Sequence record: MK327940.1 | From: Escherichia phage vB_EcoM_G29 | Reading direction: 5' to 3' (one strand) | DNA: 64,000 bases | Part shown: positions 29,812 through 42,908 of the stretch, piece by piece | Position numbering within the stretch: the first letter of the stretch is position 1 | How the letters are laid out: each line of letters begins with the position of its first letter | Position numbers and translations under genes: made by a program | Notes under the pieces: model-generated | The model's input: only the letters and a program-made list of their open reading frames with translations | Told to the model about the DNA's origin: nothing | The model's database searches: none

Positions 29812-30000
29812 ACGTTTTCCATGGTAAAGGCAGTTTAGTTTTCTTTACTGTTAGTTCAACATCAGGATTCTTTTCTCTTAATTTAAGGCATTCCTCCCAT
29901 GCTCTATTTTCACTAGTGAATACACAAAATTGCCCATTACTAGTACCGACTAAACCACTATTTACAATAATAATAGCCCAAGTTTCATGATGCAAAGCCA
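29804..30000 (-). CDS. Hypothetical protein downstream of pseT
   Basis: 65 aa from the ATG overlapping the pseT stop (TAATG); track ORF extended from an alternative start. Confidence 0.5.
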
Positions 30001-31201
<1,201 letters not shown>

Positions 31202-31205
<4 letters not shown>

Positions 31206-31432
31206 TTATTTTTCTCAACCAATGATTGAATATAATCATGCAGGTCTTTAGATGCTTTACCCCACTTATTTTGATATTCATTTTTGAGATTAGCGCGTGA
31301 TTGAGCTAATAAAACATCATTAGTTGGAGGTAAAGATTCTAATCGTTGAATCTGTCGTCCATAAATCATTGCAGCCATCTCGGATTCATAAATTAATCCT
31401 TTTAGATGTTCAAATTGATACCATGAAATCAT
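31202..31432 (-). CDS. Hypothetical protein (pseT.x)
   Basis: 76-aa ORF. Confidence 0.6.
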
Positions 31433-31728
31433 TTACATTTATCCTCTTTTAGCTCTTGACGATAATAACATATCATAGTTTTCTGGTCATGTACATATCG
31501 TTTTACATCATTAAGCCAAATACGAAATTCCTGAGAATCTTCAAATGGCATACCTACCCAAGCTTTACCATCAATAACTTTAACTTGCCAAGATAGTTTA
31601 GCTTCGTCATATGACTTTATTTGTACAGGCCAATTAGGATGAACTGTTTCTTTCTTTACTTCTAGAGGCTTTGTCGAACAACCAGCTAGAAGACCAATAG
31701 ATAATATTACTGCTGATAGTTTAATCAT
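31429..31728 (-). CDS. Outer-membrane spanin (lipoprotein, Rz1-like)
   Basis: 99-aa ORF; signal peptide plus lipobox LLAGC. Confidence 0.7.
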   Translation of the reverse strand: MIKLSAVILSIGLLAGCSTKPLEVKKETVHPNWPVQIKSYDEAKLSWQVKVIDGKAWVGMPFEDSQEFRIWLNDVKRYVHDQKTMICYYRQELKEDKCK

Positions 31729-32078
31729 TTAGAAAGGTCCTGGATGTCTTCTGCGAACTTGTTGAAGGAGTTGTTGATTTGTTTTTCAACCAATCCTGGC
31801 TTATGAGCCACCACATCCGCCTTCTTTGCGTCTTTGCGCAGCTTTTCATTTTCACGCTCAATAGCAGCAATCGCCTCACGATTTTTATTATTCATCGCAT
31901 CAATATAATTATACTGAATTCGCAAATTATTTAATGCTAAGGCGTTTTCATTGGCCGTTTTTGTAATTTCTACAACAGACGTTTCTAATCTTTCTACCTT
32001 ATTTTTTAAAATAATAGATGTTCCGCCAAATGCTATTACAAGTAATAGCAATCCAGCTGTAAAATTACTTACATGCAT
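31725..32078 (-). CDS. Inner-membrane spanin (Rz-like)
   Basis: 117-aa ORF; N-terminal TM helix (LLLLVIAFGG) then charged coiled-coil region; directly upstream of the lipoprotein ORF. Confidence 0.65.
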   Translation of the reverse strand: MHVSNFTAGLLLLVIAFGGTSIILKNKVERLETSVVEITKTANENALALNNLRIQYNYIDAMNNKNREAIAAIERENEKLRKDAKKADVVAHKPGLVEKQINNSFNKFAEDIQDLSK

Positions 32079-32572
32079 AAAGTTTTAATAACCTCTATAA
32101 TATCGTCTTGAGAAAGACCGTTAATTAAAATATGATGTTCAGCTGGAGATTTAGAAATTTTAAAGCATGCCGCAACATCTTCTGCCATATCCGATGCGCT
32201 ACGATTTGGATTACTAATTCCAAGACGATGTTTTCCCGTCAAAGGATTAACGATGATGTAGCATTTGCAATTATTGATATGAACATTAGGTTGAGTCTGA
32301 TTAATAAACACTTCACAATCATATTTCGCAAGCTGATTTTCTAAAAAGACTTTCATCTCCTCAACCGCATCAGGAAGCATATCACGGGCTTGCTCAAGAC
32401 GACGATTTCGATATTCTTTAATGGTCGTTTTCCGCTTGACTTGCTTAGCTAAATCTTTCTTAAGATCGGTGATATATCCAACTCGACGGTTTCCTTTAAA
32501 TACAGAAATCCCATCTGTAGTATCACCGTATGCTTCAACGACCATTTCAGTAGTAATGAGCTGCAAATCCAT
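32069..32572 (-). CDS. alc: Alc, host transcription termination/unfolding protein
   Basis: 167 aa from the second Met (MDLQLITTEMVVEAYGDTTDG...) as recalled for T4 Alc; early promoter immediately upstream. Confidence 0.8.
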   Translation of the reverse strand: MDLQLITTEMVVEAYGDTTDGISVFKGNRRVGYITDLKKDLAKQVKRKTTIKEYRNRRLEQARDMLPDAVEEMKVFLENQLAKYDCEVFINQTQPNVHINNCKCYIIVNPLTGKHRLGISNPNRSASDMAEDVAACFKISKSPAEHHILINGLSQDDIIEVIKTLCM

Positions 32573-32602
32573 CATAAAGTCCTCATGTTATGTCAGTAAG
32601 AC

Positions 32603-32633
32603 TACTGTAACACAACACGAGGGACTTGTAAAC
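32603..32633 (-). promoter_or_regulatory. T4-type early promoter (copy of the 16657-16709 unit)
   Basis: Minus strand GTTTAC-18 nt-TACAGT; 52 of 53 bp identical to the alt.-3-position promoter. Confidence 0.6.
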
Positions 32634-32636
32634 AGC

Positions 32637-34224
<1,588 letters not shown>

Positions 34225-34251
34225 AATAAAATGGGCCTTGCGGCCCACTCC

Positions 34252-35430
34252 TTAAAAGTATTTTTTAAAACTCATCATAACTTTATCATCAACATCATTA
34301 TCAATCTGTGCAACAAGATAAGATGACAGTTCTACTTCTTGTGGCGCTGATTGAACATTATCAGAATTAAGATATTCACGAATCCAAGGATATGGATGTT
34401 TAACCGGAGCATCGGTAATTGGGCATGGAAGACCGCACTGTTTCATACGAGATACAGTTAAGTAATCAATAAAGCTCCACATGCTATTTGTATTTAATCC
34501 AGGAACATCGCCATCTTTAAATAAATGAACTGCCCAATCTTTTTCTTGGCGGTTAACTTCCATGAAAATATCAACTGCTTCTTGTTCACACTCTTGAGCA
34601 ATTTTAACCCATTGATCGCCATCAGTACCAGATTGAAGTTGACGAATAATATATTGTGTACCTTTAAGATGAAGCTGCTCATCACGTGCAATGAACTTCA
34701 TAATCTTGGCATTACCTTCCATGATTTCCATGTTTTTATGGAAGTTAAAGGTACACGCAAAGGATACATAAAAACGAATAGCTTCTAATGCATTAATAAC
34801 GTGCAAACAGAGGTAAAGAGATTTCATTAGCTCACGCTTCCAATATGTCTCATGCTCAATAGCATCTTCAATAACGTCTTCGTCTGCATTAATTTCTTTT
34901 TGGTATTCGATATCAGCTTTAGCGTTTTCCCAATAACGAGTTTTAATCAGAACATCATCATAATAACGTCCAATGGATTCAGCACGTTTCATAATAGCTT
35001 CATCTAATACAATTTCATCAAATACCTTCGATGGATCAGTATAAAGATTTCGCATGATATGAGTATATGAACGACTGTGAATAGTTTCACTAAAAGTCCA
35101 TGTAGCAACCCATGTATCAAGGCTTGGGTCTGAAATTAATGACATAAGTACAGCAGATGGCGCGCGACCCTGAATGCTATCTAAAAGTGATTGATACTTC
35201 AAGTTGTTAGTAAAAATATTTTGCTGATACTGAGGAAGCTTATTAAACTGTGCAGCATCCATCATCAAGTTTACTTCTTCAGGACGCCAGAAAAATGATA
35301 ATTGCTTTTCGGTTAAATCTTCAAAAACTTTATGACGTTGAATATCATAACGCGCAATACCAAGACCTGAACCAAAAAACATAGGTTCTTTTAAAACATC
35401 AACTGGATTTGTATTAAAAACTGTGCTCAT
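34252..35430 (-). CDS. nrdB: Ribonucleotide reductase small subunit NrdB, uninterrupted
   Basis: Single continuous 392-aa ORF; no intron or intron-ORF sequence. Confidence 0.9.
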   Translation of the reverse strand: MSTVFNTNPVDVLKEPMFFGSGLGIARYDIQRHKVFEDLTEKQLSFFWRPEEVNLMMDAAQFNKLPQYQQNIFTNNLKYQSLLDSIQGRAPSAVLMSLISDPSLDTWVATWTFSETIHSRSYTHIMRNLYTDPSKVFDEIVLDEAIMKRAESIGRYYDDVLIKTRYWENAKADIEYQKEINADEDVIEDAIEHETYWKRELMKSLYLCLHVINALEAIRFYVSFACTFNFHKNMEIMEGNAKIMKFIARDEQLHLKGTQYIIRQLQSGTDGDQWVKIAQECEQEAVDIFMEVNRQEKDWAVHLFKDGDVPGLNTNSMWSFIDYLTVSRMKQCGLPCPITDAPVKHPYPWIREYLNSDNVQSAPQEVELSSYLVAQIDNDVDDKVMMSFKKYF

Positions 35431-35481
35431 AAATTTTCCGCTTAGTTAATAGTTGGTGACTCGTCCGTGAGTCAAATTATA

Positions 35482-37746
35482 TCATAATTTACAGGATGAA
35501 CAATCTTCAGCTTTTGGAGTTTCTATTTCATAATCATCAGTACCAGAACCGTCACGGGTATTATGATAATAGAAATTTTTTCCGCCAAAATACCAGAAAT
35601 ACAAAAGGTCATCAATCATTATTGACATTGGAACCTTGCCTTTAGGGAAGATTTGGGGGTCATAGTATGTATTCGCCGAAGCTGATTGACAAACCCATTT
35701 CAGCATAATAGCTACCTGCGTAAGATAAGGTTTATTACCTTTCTTAGCTAATTTCCATGTATAATCATATAGGTCTATGTTATGTTCAATATTGGGCACG
35801 ACTTGATTAAAGGAACCCTCTTTTGATTCTTTAACAGAGACTGGTCCACGTGGAGGCTCGATACCGTTTGTACTGTTAGAAACTTGGGAAGATGACTCAC
35901 ATGGCATAAGTGCTGATAGTGTGCTATTACGGATGCCAAAGAGCTTAAGGTCTTCCCGCAGCGACGACCAGTCACAAACGTATTTTGGAGCTGCGATTTG
36001 GTCAATCTTTTTATTGTACCAGTCGATAGGTAATTCGCCTCGAGACCAACGAGTGTCTGAATAATATTCGCAAGGTCCTTTTTCTTTGGCGAGCTTAATG
36101 GATGCTTTAATGAGTCCATACTGTAATCTCTCAAATAGTTCATGTGTTAAATCGTTAGCATCTTCATAAGAAGCAAAGTTACTTGCCAGCCAAGCTGCAT
36201 AGTTGGTAACACCTACACCGAGGTTACGACGCTTTTTAGCTTTTTCTGCTTCAGGAACTGGATATCCTTGGTAATCCAAAAGATTATCAAGAGCACGAAC
36301 TTGAACTTCTGCCAATTCATTAATTTTATCTTGGTCTTGCCAGTCAAAATTATCTAGTACGAATGCAGAGAGAGTACACAATCCAATTTCAGCATCAGGA
36401 CTATTCACATCATTTGTTGGAATAGCAATTTCACAGCACAAGTTACTCTGACGAATAGGTGCCTTTTCACGAATAAACGGAGTATAGTTATTCGTATTAT
36501 CAATGAACTGTACATAAATTCTTGCTGTTCCTGAACGTTCAGTCATGAGCAATTCAAATAGTTCACGGGCTTTAATACGCTTTTTACGAATATTAGGGTC
36601 TTTTTCTGCTGCTTCGTATAATTCACGGAAACGGTCTTGGTCTTTAAAATAAGAATAATAAAGCTCTCCACCCATTTCATGCGGACTGAACAAAGTAATG
36701 TAATCGTTCTTTCCGAATCGTTCCATCATCAAATCATTCAGTTGAACACCATAATCCATATGACGAATGCGGTTTTCTTCTACGCCTTTGTTATTTTTCA
36801 AAACGAGAAGATTTTCAACTTCCAAATGCCAAATAGGATAATAAGCAGTAGCAGCGCCGCCACGAATTCCACCCTGTGAACATGATTTAACTGCAGTCTG
36901 AAAATGTTTCCAAAAAGGAATAACACCAGTATGGCGTACTTCACCCATGCCAATCTTAGAACCTTCGGCACGAATCATACCAACGTTAATACCAATTCCA
37001 GCGCGTTTAGAGATATATTCAACAATCGAAGCGGAAGCCTTATTGATAGACTTCAGCGAATCACCTGCCTCAATAACAACACATGAACTAAACTGTCGAG
37101 TCGGAGTACGACAACCAGCCATAATAGGAGTTGGTAATGAAATCTGTCGAGTAGATACTGCTTCATAAAAACGAATAACATGTTTTAATCTATCAACAGG
37201 TTCATCTTGATGCAATGCCATTCCAATAGTCATAAATGCAAACTGCGGAGTTTCATAAATTTGACCAGTGGTTTTATCTTTAACGAGATATTTTTCTTTT
37301 AATTGCATCGCCCCGGAATAAGTAAATTCCATATCCCGTTCGTGCTTAATTTTTGATTCTAAAAATGTAATTTCTTCTGCTGAATATTTTGACAACAATT
37401 CAGGGTCATATTTACCTTCATTTACACAGTAAGAAATATGGTCAATAAATGAACGCGGTTCATACTGCCCATAAACATGCTTACGAAGAGCGAACATTAG
37501 ACAACGTGCAGCTACATATTGATAATCAGGCTCTTCAACCGAAATAGAATTCGCAGCGGCCTTAATGACAATAGTCTGAATATCATCAGTTGTCATTCCA
37601 TCACGGAGATAAGATTTAATATTTTCATATAATTCATAAGGATCTACTGATGTTCCCTCAGCTGCCCAAGATAAAACTTTAATAATTTTTTGTGGGTCAA
37701 AGCTCTGAGAAACACCACTACTTTTGATAACATTAATTAATTGCAT
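35482..37746 (-). CDS. nrdA: Ribonucleotide reductase large subunit NrdA
   Basis: 754-aa ORF with class I RNR active-site region (NLCCEIAIP). Confidence 0.9.
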   Translation of the reverse strand: MQLINVIKSSGVSQSFDPQKIIKVLSWAAEGTSVDPYELYENIKSYLRDGMTTDDIQTIVIKAAANSISVEEPDYQYVAARCLMFALRKHVYGQYEPRSFIDHISYCVNEGKYDPELLSKYSAEEITFLESKIKHERDMEFTYSGAMQLKEKYLVKDKTTGQIYETPQFAFMTIGMALHQDEPVDRLKHVIRFYEAVSTRQISLPTPIMAGCRTPTRQFSSCVVIEAGDSLKSINKASASIVEYISKRAGIGINVGMIRAEGSKIGMGEVRHTGVIPFWKHFQTAVKSCSQGGIRGGAATAYYPIWHLEVENLLVLKNNKGVEENRIRHMDYGVQLNDLMMERFGKNDYITLFSPHEMGGELYYSYFKDQDRFRELYEAAEKDPNIRKKRIKARELFELLMTERSGTARIYVQFIDNTNNYTPFIREKAPIRQSNLCCEIAIPTNDVNSPDAEIGLCTLSAFVLDNFDWQDQDKINELAEVQVRALDNLLDYQGYPVPEAEKAKKRRNLGVGVTNYAAWLASNFASYEDANDLTHELFERLQYGLIKASIKLAKEKGPCEYYSDTRWSRGELPIDWYNKKIDQIAAPKYVCDWSSLREDLKLFGIRNSTLSALMPCESSSQVSNSTNGIEPPRGPVSVKESKEGSFNQVVPNIEHNIDLYDYTWKLAKKGNKPYLTQVAIMLKWVCQSASANTYYDPQIFPKGKVPMSIMIDDLLYFWYFGGKNFYYHNTRDGSGTDDYEIETPKAEDCSSCKL

Positions 37747-38063
37747 AAGTCCTCAACTTGAAAATCGTCTTTAAACAATCGGTTAACTATATGAGCTATT
37801 ATATCACCATGACACGGCTTTGGTTTACATGTGCATCCTAGCCTCATTCCACGTAAAGGCTCTAAATGTGCTTTAGTTATTTCTCCGGATTTAATTCGAC
37901 GTATAAAATCTTTTTTGAATAATTCAATGGCAGCCTCCCGGCTGCCAGCATCTTTACCGACGTAATTTCCCCAAAATGTACCACGGTGAATATTAACATC
38001 AAAGTCGGATTTGTATTTATTCACTACCCGACATAGACGGCCCGCGCGGTGATAATTCGGCAT
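37737..38063 (-). CDS. Hypothetical Cys/His-motif protein (nrdA.1 position)
   Basis: 108-aa ORF containing [11 protein letters not shown]; overlaps the nrdA start. Confidence 0.6.
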   Translation of the reverse strand: MPNYHRAGRLCRVVNKYKSDFDVNIHRGTFWGNYVGKDAGSREAAIELFKKDFIRRIKSGEITKAHLEPLRGMRLGCTCKPKPCHGDIIAHIVNRLFKDDFQVEDLCN

Positions 38064-38280
38064 ATTGTTTTTCCGTTAAAACAGTAATATCGTAGTAACA
38101 GTCAGAAGAAGTTTTAACTGTGGAAATTTTATTATCAAAATACTCACGAGTCATTTTATGAGTATAATATTTTTTGCCATAAATGATAATAGGCTGATTT
38201 GGTCCTGGAACTTCTAGCTCACTTGGATTAGGAAGTGTAAAAAGAACTACACCAGAAGTATCTTTAAATCGTAAAATCAT
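38017..38280 (-). CDS. Hypothetical protein (nrdA.2 position)
   Basis: 87-aa ORF; overlaps the next ORF by 47 nt in another frame, so the start is uncertain. Confidence 0.45.
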   Translation of the reverse strand: MILRFKDTSGVVLFTLPNPSELEVPGPNQPIIIYGKKYYTHKMTREYFDNKISTVKTSSDCYYDITVLTEKQYAELSPRGPSMSGSE

Positions 38281-39137
38281 ATTGCCATTTTCCCTTTAAT
38301 TGCTGGATGCGATTCATAATTTTCAAGGATAAAATCTTTCGGTTTCATGTATTCAGTTAACCAGTAAAGCTGTGTTTCGGTGTCACAATTTCCAAACTCT
38401 ATAGGCCAATCAATTTTAAGTTCACATAGTTCTTTAGGCTCACGACGTAAAATTTCTTTACATTGCTCAGTATGATTCATATAGATGTGAGTATTACCAC
38501 CAGAAAATATCAAATCTCCTGGGATAAGATTACACATCTTAGCCACAATATGCGTCAAGGCAGCGTACGAGGCAATGTTGAATGGCAATCCCAAGAAAAC
38601 ATCTACACTTCTTTGGTACCATTGTAAATCAAGATAACCATTACGCACATTAAACTGATAGAACATATGACAGGGCGGTAATGCCATTTGATTGATTTCA
38701 GCTGGATTCCATGCTGAAACGATTTGACGTCGATCAGTTGGTAATTTTTTAATACGATCAATAGTTTCAACTAATTGATCCACACCGCCGAAATCACGCC
38801 ATTGTTTACCGTATATAGGACCAAGTTCACCACTATGATATCCTAGGTCTTTAGCCTGGTTTTCATAGTTATCGTCCCAAATAGTTTTACCTTGAATAAG
38901 ACTACCATGTGTGCGAAGACGTAAATCATTAACATTGGTAGAACCGGAAATAAACCATAGAAGCTCAGCAATGCATGCATTCCACGCAAGCTTCTTAGTT
39001 GTTACCGCAGGAAAACCTTTAGTTAAATCCCAACGTAATTTAGTACCGAACAAAGCAATTGTTCCTGTGCCTGTTCGGTCATCGGTTTCATAGCCATTTT
39101 CAAAAATGTCTTTAATTAAATCTTGGTATTGTTTCAT
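38277..39137 (-). CDS. td: Thymidylate synthase, uninterrupted
   Basis: 286-aa continuous ORF with active-site region PPCHMFYQF; no intron. Confidence 0.9.
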   Translation of the reverse strand: MKQYQDLIKDIFENGYETDDRTGTGTIALFGTKLRWDLTKGFPAVTTKKLAWNACIAELLWFISGSTNVNDLRLRTHGSLIQGKTIWDDNYENQAKDLGYHSGELGPIYGKQWRDFGGVDQLVETIDRIKKLPTDRRQIVSAWNPAEINQMALPPCHMFYQFNVRNGYLDLQWYQRSVDVFLGLPFNIASYAALTHIVAKMCNLIPGDLIFSGGNTHIYMNHTEQCKEILRREPKELCELKIDWPIEFGNCDTETQLYWLTEYMKPKDFILENYESHPAIKGKMAI

Positions 39138-39182
39138 TTAGTACCTTATATAAATTATAATACATTTTATGAAGCTAAATAA

Positions 39183-39530
39183 TCAATACGGTTTAGCATC
39201 AAATTTTCTCTCAATTTCAGGCGTGAAATATAATTCTTTACCGCGTTTGGAAAAGCGACCAATAATATGATAATTATTCTCATCAAATGTGATATTACCA
39301 ATATCCATAGCTTTCAACCAAATATCGATATTTCTATCCAGCTTTATGTCAAAATTCCAATACGGAGAACTATTACCGAAAATACTGCAAGCGGATTCAG
39401 TGAAACAACTGCTATAAATCTTGTCTTTAGGAACTACTAATTGATAGACACCTTTAATAAACTGAGGACCCTGCCACTTTGGCTGTTTCGTGTCTTTTTC
39501 TAATAGAATAGGGTAATAATTAAAATTCAT
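39183..39530 (-). CDS. Hypothetical protein inserted between frd and td
   Basis: 115-aa ORF in a 412-bp interval separating frd from td. Confidence 0.6.
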   Translation of the reverse strand: MNFNYYPILLEKDTKQPKWQGPQFIKGVYQLVVPKDKIYSSCFTESACSIFGNSSPYWNFDIKLDRNIDIWLKAMDIGNITFDENNYHIIGRFSKRGKELYFTPEIERKFDAKPY

Positions 39531-39549
39531 ATTTCCGCCACGCGTTATT

Positions 39550-40376
<827 letters not shown>

Positions 40377-40387
40377 ATTATCTCCTA

Positions 40388-40720
40388 TTAAAAAGGATCA
40401 GGAACATATCCGCTAGCTTTAATCATTTTAATTAACGTTAACATTCCTTTGTTAACTGCTCGTGAGATTTCATCAAAAACTTCATCACTAAAAAGTTCTA
40501 ACACGCCCTTCTGAACTTTTAATTTACAGCCAACAATTTCGTCATCTCCTATAGTAAATTCGCTTCCGCCAATTCCGCCGAAAAACTTAATTACGCCAGT
40601 TAACTGTCTTCCACGAGAATATGGGTCGTGTGATAAAGTAATATGAGTCACCCCGGGTACAGTTTTAAATTGGCAGCGAATATTTACTTGTGAAATTCCA
40701 ATTACATGAATGTCAGACAT
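40388..40720 (-). CDS. Hypothetical protein (frd.2 position)
   Basis: 110-aa ORF. Confidence 0.6.
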   Translation of the reverse strand: MSDIHVIGISQVNIRCQFKTVPGVTHITLSHDPYSRGRQLTGVIKFFGGIGGSEFTIGDDEIVGCKLKVQKGVLELFSDEVFDEISRAVNKGMLTLIKMIKASGYVPDPF

Positions 40721-40730
40721 AATATTTTCC

Positions 40731-40973
40731 TCAAATAGACTTTTTCACAATTTTCCAATCAGCTTTAAACTGATCGACGTCAGAGTGATAAATCCAAAAT
40801 CCTGCGCTTTCACCGTCTTCATAAAGCGGACACCCATCACATTCATCTTCCCATCCCATGCCACGTAAAAGGTGTTCAGCTTTTTCAACAAGTTCAGAAT
40901 CTTTACCGATGATATTAAAATACCATTTACCTCTAACTTCTGAATCTTTGATACTCTGACGTTGTAATCTCAT
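40731..40973 (-). CDS. Hypothetical protein (frd.3 position)
   Basis: 80-aa ORF; early promoter upstream. Confidence 0.6.
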   Translation of the reverse strand: MRLQRQSIKDSEVRGKWYFNIIGKDSELVEKAEHLLRGMGWEDECDGCPLYEDGESAGFWIYHSDVDQFKADWKIVKKSI

Positions 40974-41082
40974 TTTATTCTCCTTAGCAAGCTTTAATCA
41001 AAAGATATAAACAGACCAACATAACTGCTGCCATAATATAAGGTGCGAACATTTTCTTTTCTCCATTAGTTTTGATAGGGTA

Positions 41083-41112
41083 ATAGTATCACACTACTAC
41101 CCTTTTGTAAAC
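41083..41112 (-). promoter_or_regulatory. T4-type early promoter
   Basis: Minus strand GTTTAC-18 nt-TACTAT; the -35 overlaps the stop of the upstream ORF. Confidence 0.55.
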
Positions 41113-41477
41113 TACTTTTTGAAAGTTTTTCGCAAAAGTTCAATGATTTCATCTACATTGTTTTCGTCAACAATGCAGTGAATTTTTGTTACGCCAGAAA
41201 CTATGTCTTCGGCTCCATCTTCTTCAGAAGTCGGTTCTTTATACTCGCGAAAACAATGAAATTCGTCTTCACAAACGTTAAAGTAAAAATGCTTTCCATT
41301 TGCGCATTCAATGTGTTTTATTACTCTAAATCCATCAACAAAGAAAGCTTCTTTAACTTCAAACCATCCACCATTTTCTTGAATAATTTTAACTATCGAT
41401 GAATTAGAACGTGGGCGATAATTAATAAATGTATCAATAAGTCTTGGAACAAGCTCATACTTTTTGCCAATATACAT
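41112..41477 (-). CDS. Hypothetical protein between frd.3 and gene 32
   Basis: 121-aa ORF with SD GAGGAAAA, preceded by a GGGGC...GCCCC hairpin. Confidence 0.6.
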   Translation of the reverse strand: MYIGKKYELVPRLIDTFINYRPRSNSSIVKIIQENGGWFEVKEAFFVDGFRVIKHIECANGKHFYFNVCEDEFHCFREYKEPTSEEDGAEDIVSGVTKIHCIVDENNVDEIIELLRKTFKK

Positions 41478-41522
41478 TACGTTTTCCTCATTTTAACGGG
41501 GCTTGTAATAGCCCCTTGATAA

Positions 41523-41753
41523 TTATTGTTCAATCAATCCCATGTAAAATTCTGCGTCTTCAGAATCCATACCATCACAATATTCATTAGCCATAAAGCG
41601 GGTGAGGTCTTCAAGAGGACCTTCAATGACAATAGAAAAATTGCAATAATTGGGATCATCGTGAATACTTGTGATACTAAGTTCAGGATAACGATTACGA
41701 ATAATTTCTTCGATATATTCAAAATCAACGATGTCAATATCAACTTTAGCCAT
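41523..41753 (-). CDS. Hypothetical small acidic protein
   Basis: 76 aa from [13 protein letters not shown]... with SD GAGGAAA; track ORF 41523..41879 extends through the promoter and is probably over-called. Confidence 0.55.
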   Translation of the reverse strand: MAKVDIDIVDFEYIEEIIRNRYPELSITSIHDDPNYCNFSIVIEGPLEDLTRFMANEYCDGMDSEDAEFYMGLIEQ

Positions 41754-41796
41754 ATTATTTTCCTCTTTAATTATCAGCAGTATTGCCGATAGTTGT

Positions 41797-41826
41797 ATAG
41801 TACCATGGAAGGACAAGGATGTAAAC
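41797..41826 (-). promoter_or_regulatory. T4-type early promoter with A/T-rich upstream element
   Basis: Minus strand GTTTAC-18 nt-TACTAT; the flanking sequence recurs at 58484-58545 and 62136-62190. Confidence 0.6.
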
Positions 41827-41849
41827 AGTTTTGTGAAAAAATTTTTGAA

Positions 41850-41877
41850 ATAAAAAAAGGGGACCTCTAGGGTCCCC
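41850..41877 (-). terminator. Terminator after gene 32
   Basis: GGGGACC...GGUCCCC hairpin followed on the minus strand by uuuuuuua. Confidence 0.7.
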
Positions 41878-41899
41878 AATTAATTAGTAATATAATCTG

Positions 41900-42808
41900 T
41901 TAAAGGTCATTCAAAAGGTCATCTAGGTCCGTGTCATCAGCACTAGATGAACTGCCAGAGCTTGAGCTCATAAAATCATCTTCAGTTTTTGTTTTGAAGT
42001 CATCAACATTGAATGCATCCAAATCATCAGCAACTTTATCAGCTTTCTTAGCGGCAGTTGCAGCGGCACCACCCATTGCAGCAGTTCCCATAACTTGACT
42101 GAACTTAGTGCTCAGTTCTTCAAATGATTTGAATTTATCTTTAGAAGTCATTTCAGAAAGGTCAACCATTTGTTCGAACAGTTCTTTCTGGAAAGATTCA
42201 TCGTCAATGTTTGGAATCGCAGATTGATTCAGGAATTTAGATTCGTCGTAGTTACTAAAACCAGAAACTTGTTTAACTTTCAGTACAAAGTTAGCACCTT
42301 CCCACGGGCAAGTTACATCAACCGGAGTTTCACCCATTTCAACATCAACTGCAATCATTGCATTGATTTTATCCCAGATTTTCTTACCGAAACGATATTT
42401 AAATACTTTACCTTCGTTTTCTGGAGCAGCTGGGTCTTTTACAACAAGAATGTTAGCCCAGTAAGAAGTTTTACGTTTAACAAGACTGTACTCTTTATTG
42501 TCAGTGTTGTACAAATCATTTTTACTGATGTACTGACATACTGGACAAGAATCGTAATCACCGTAGGTAGATGAGCATGTTTCGATATACCATTTACCAT
42601 TTTTCTTGAAACCGTGATTTACAAGAAGTGCGAATGGTGCTTGTTCATCATTTTTAGACGGAAGAAAACGAATTACTGCTTGGCCGTTACCCGCATTGTC
42701 GAGTTTCAGTTTCCACTCGCCTTTATCTTCAGAAGAAAAACCACCTTTATTTCCAGCCAGTTTAGCCATTTGCGCAGCGAGTTCAGCAGTAGATTTACGT
42801 TTAAACAT
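41900..42808 (-). CDS. 32: gp32 single-stranded DNA-binding protein
   Basis: 302-aa ORF with acidic serine-rich C-terminal tail ([22 protein letters not shown]). Confidence 0.9.
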   Translation of the reverse strand: MFKRKSTAELAAQMAKLAGNKGGFSSEDKGEWKLKLDNAGNGQAVIRFLPSKNDEQAPFALLVNHGFKKNGKWYIETCSSTYGDYDSCPVCQYISKNDLYNTDNKEYSLVKRKTSYWANILVVKDPAAPENEGKVFKYRFGKKIWDKINAMIAVDVEMGETPVDVTCPWEGANFVLKVKQVSGFSNYDESKFLNQSAIPNIDDESFQKELFEQMVDLSEMTSKDKFKSFEELSTKFSQVMGTAAMGGAAATAAKKADKVADDLDAFNVDDFKTKTEDDFMSSSSGSSSSADDTDLDDLLNDL

Positions 42809-42870
42809 TTTTATTTCCTTTTTAATTTAATTAACAGTTGGTGCTATGACGATGTATGACCTCATAGCTG
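42809..42870 (-). promoter_or_regulatory. Gene 32 translational operator (unstructured A/U-rich leader)
   Basis: Leader reads uuaauuaaauuaaaaaggaaauaaaa-AUG, the repetitive A/U tract gp32 binds for autoregulation in T4. Confidence 0.6.
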
Positions 42871-42892
42871 GTCAGTGAGATAATTATAATCT

Positions 42893-42900
42893 TATTTATA
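42893..42900 (-). promoter_or_regulatory. Late promoter (TATAAATA) upstream of gene 32
   Basis: Exact TATAAATA on the minus strand about 85 nt upstream of the gene 32 ATG. Confidence 0.5.
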
Positions 42901-42908
42901 ATAAGCAA

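Noticed and set aside
41534-41879. Track ORFs 41523..41879 (118 aa) and 41534..41743 (69 aa)
   Set aside because: The 118-aa version starts upstream of its own promoter and is trimmed to the internal ATG at 41753; the 69-aa ORF is an out-of-frame hydrophobic reading of the same DNA.
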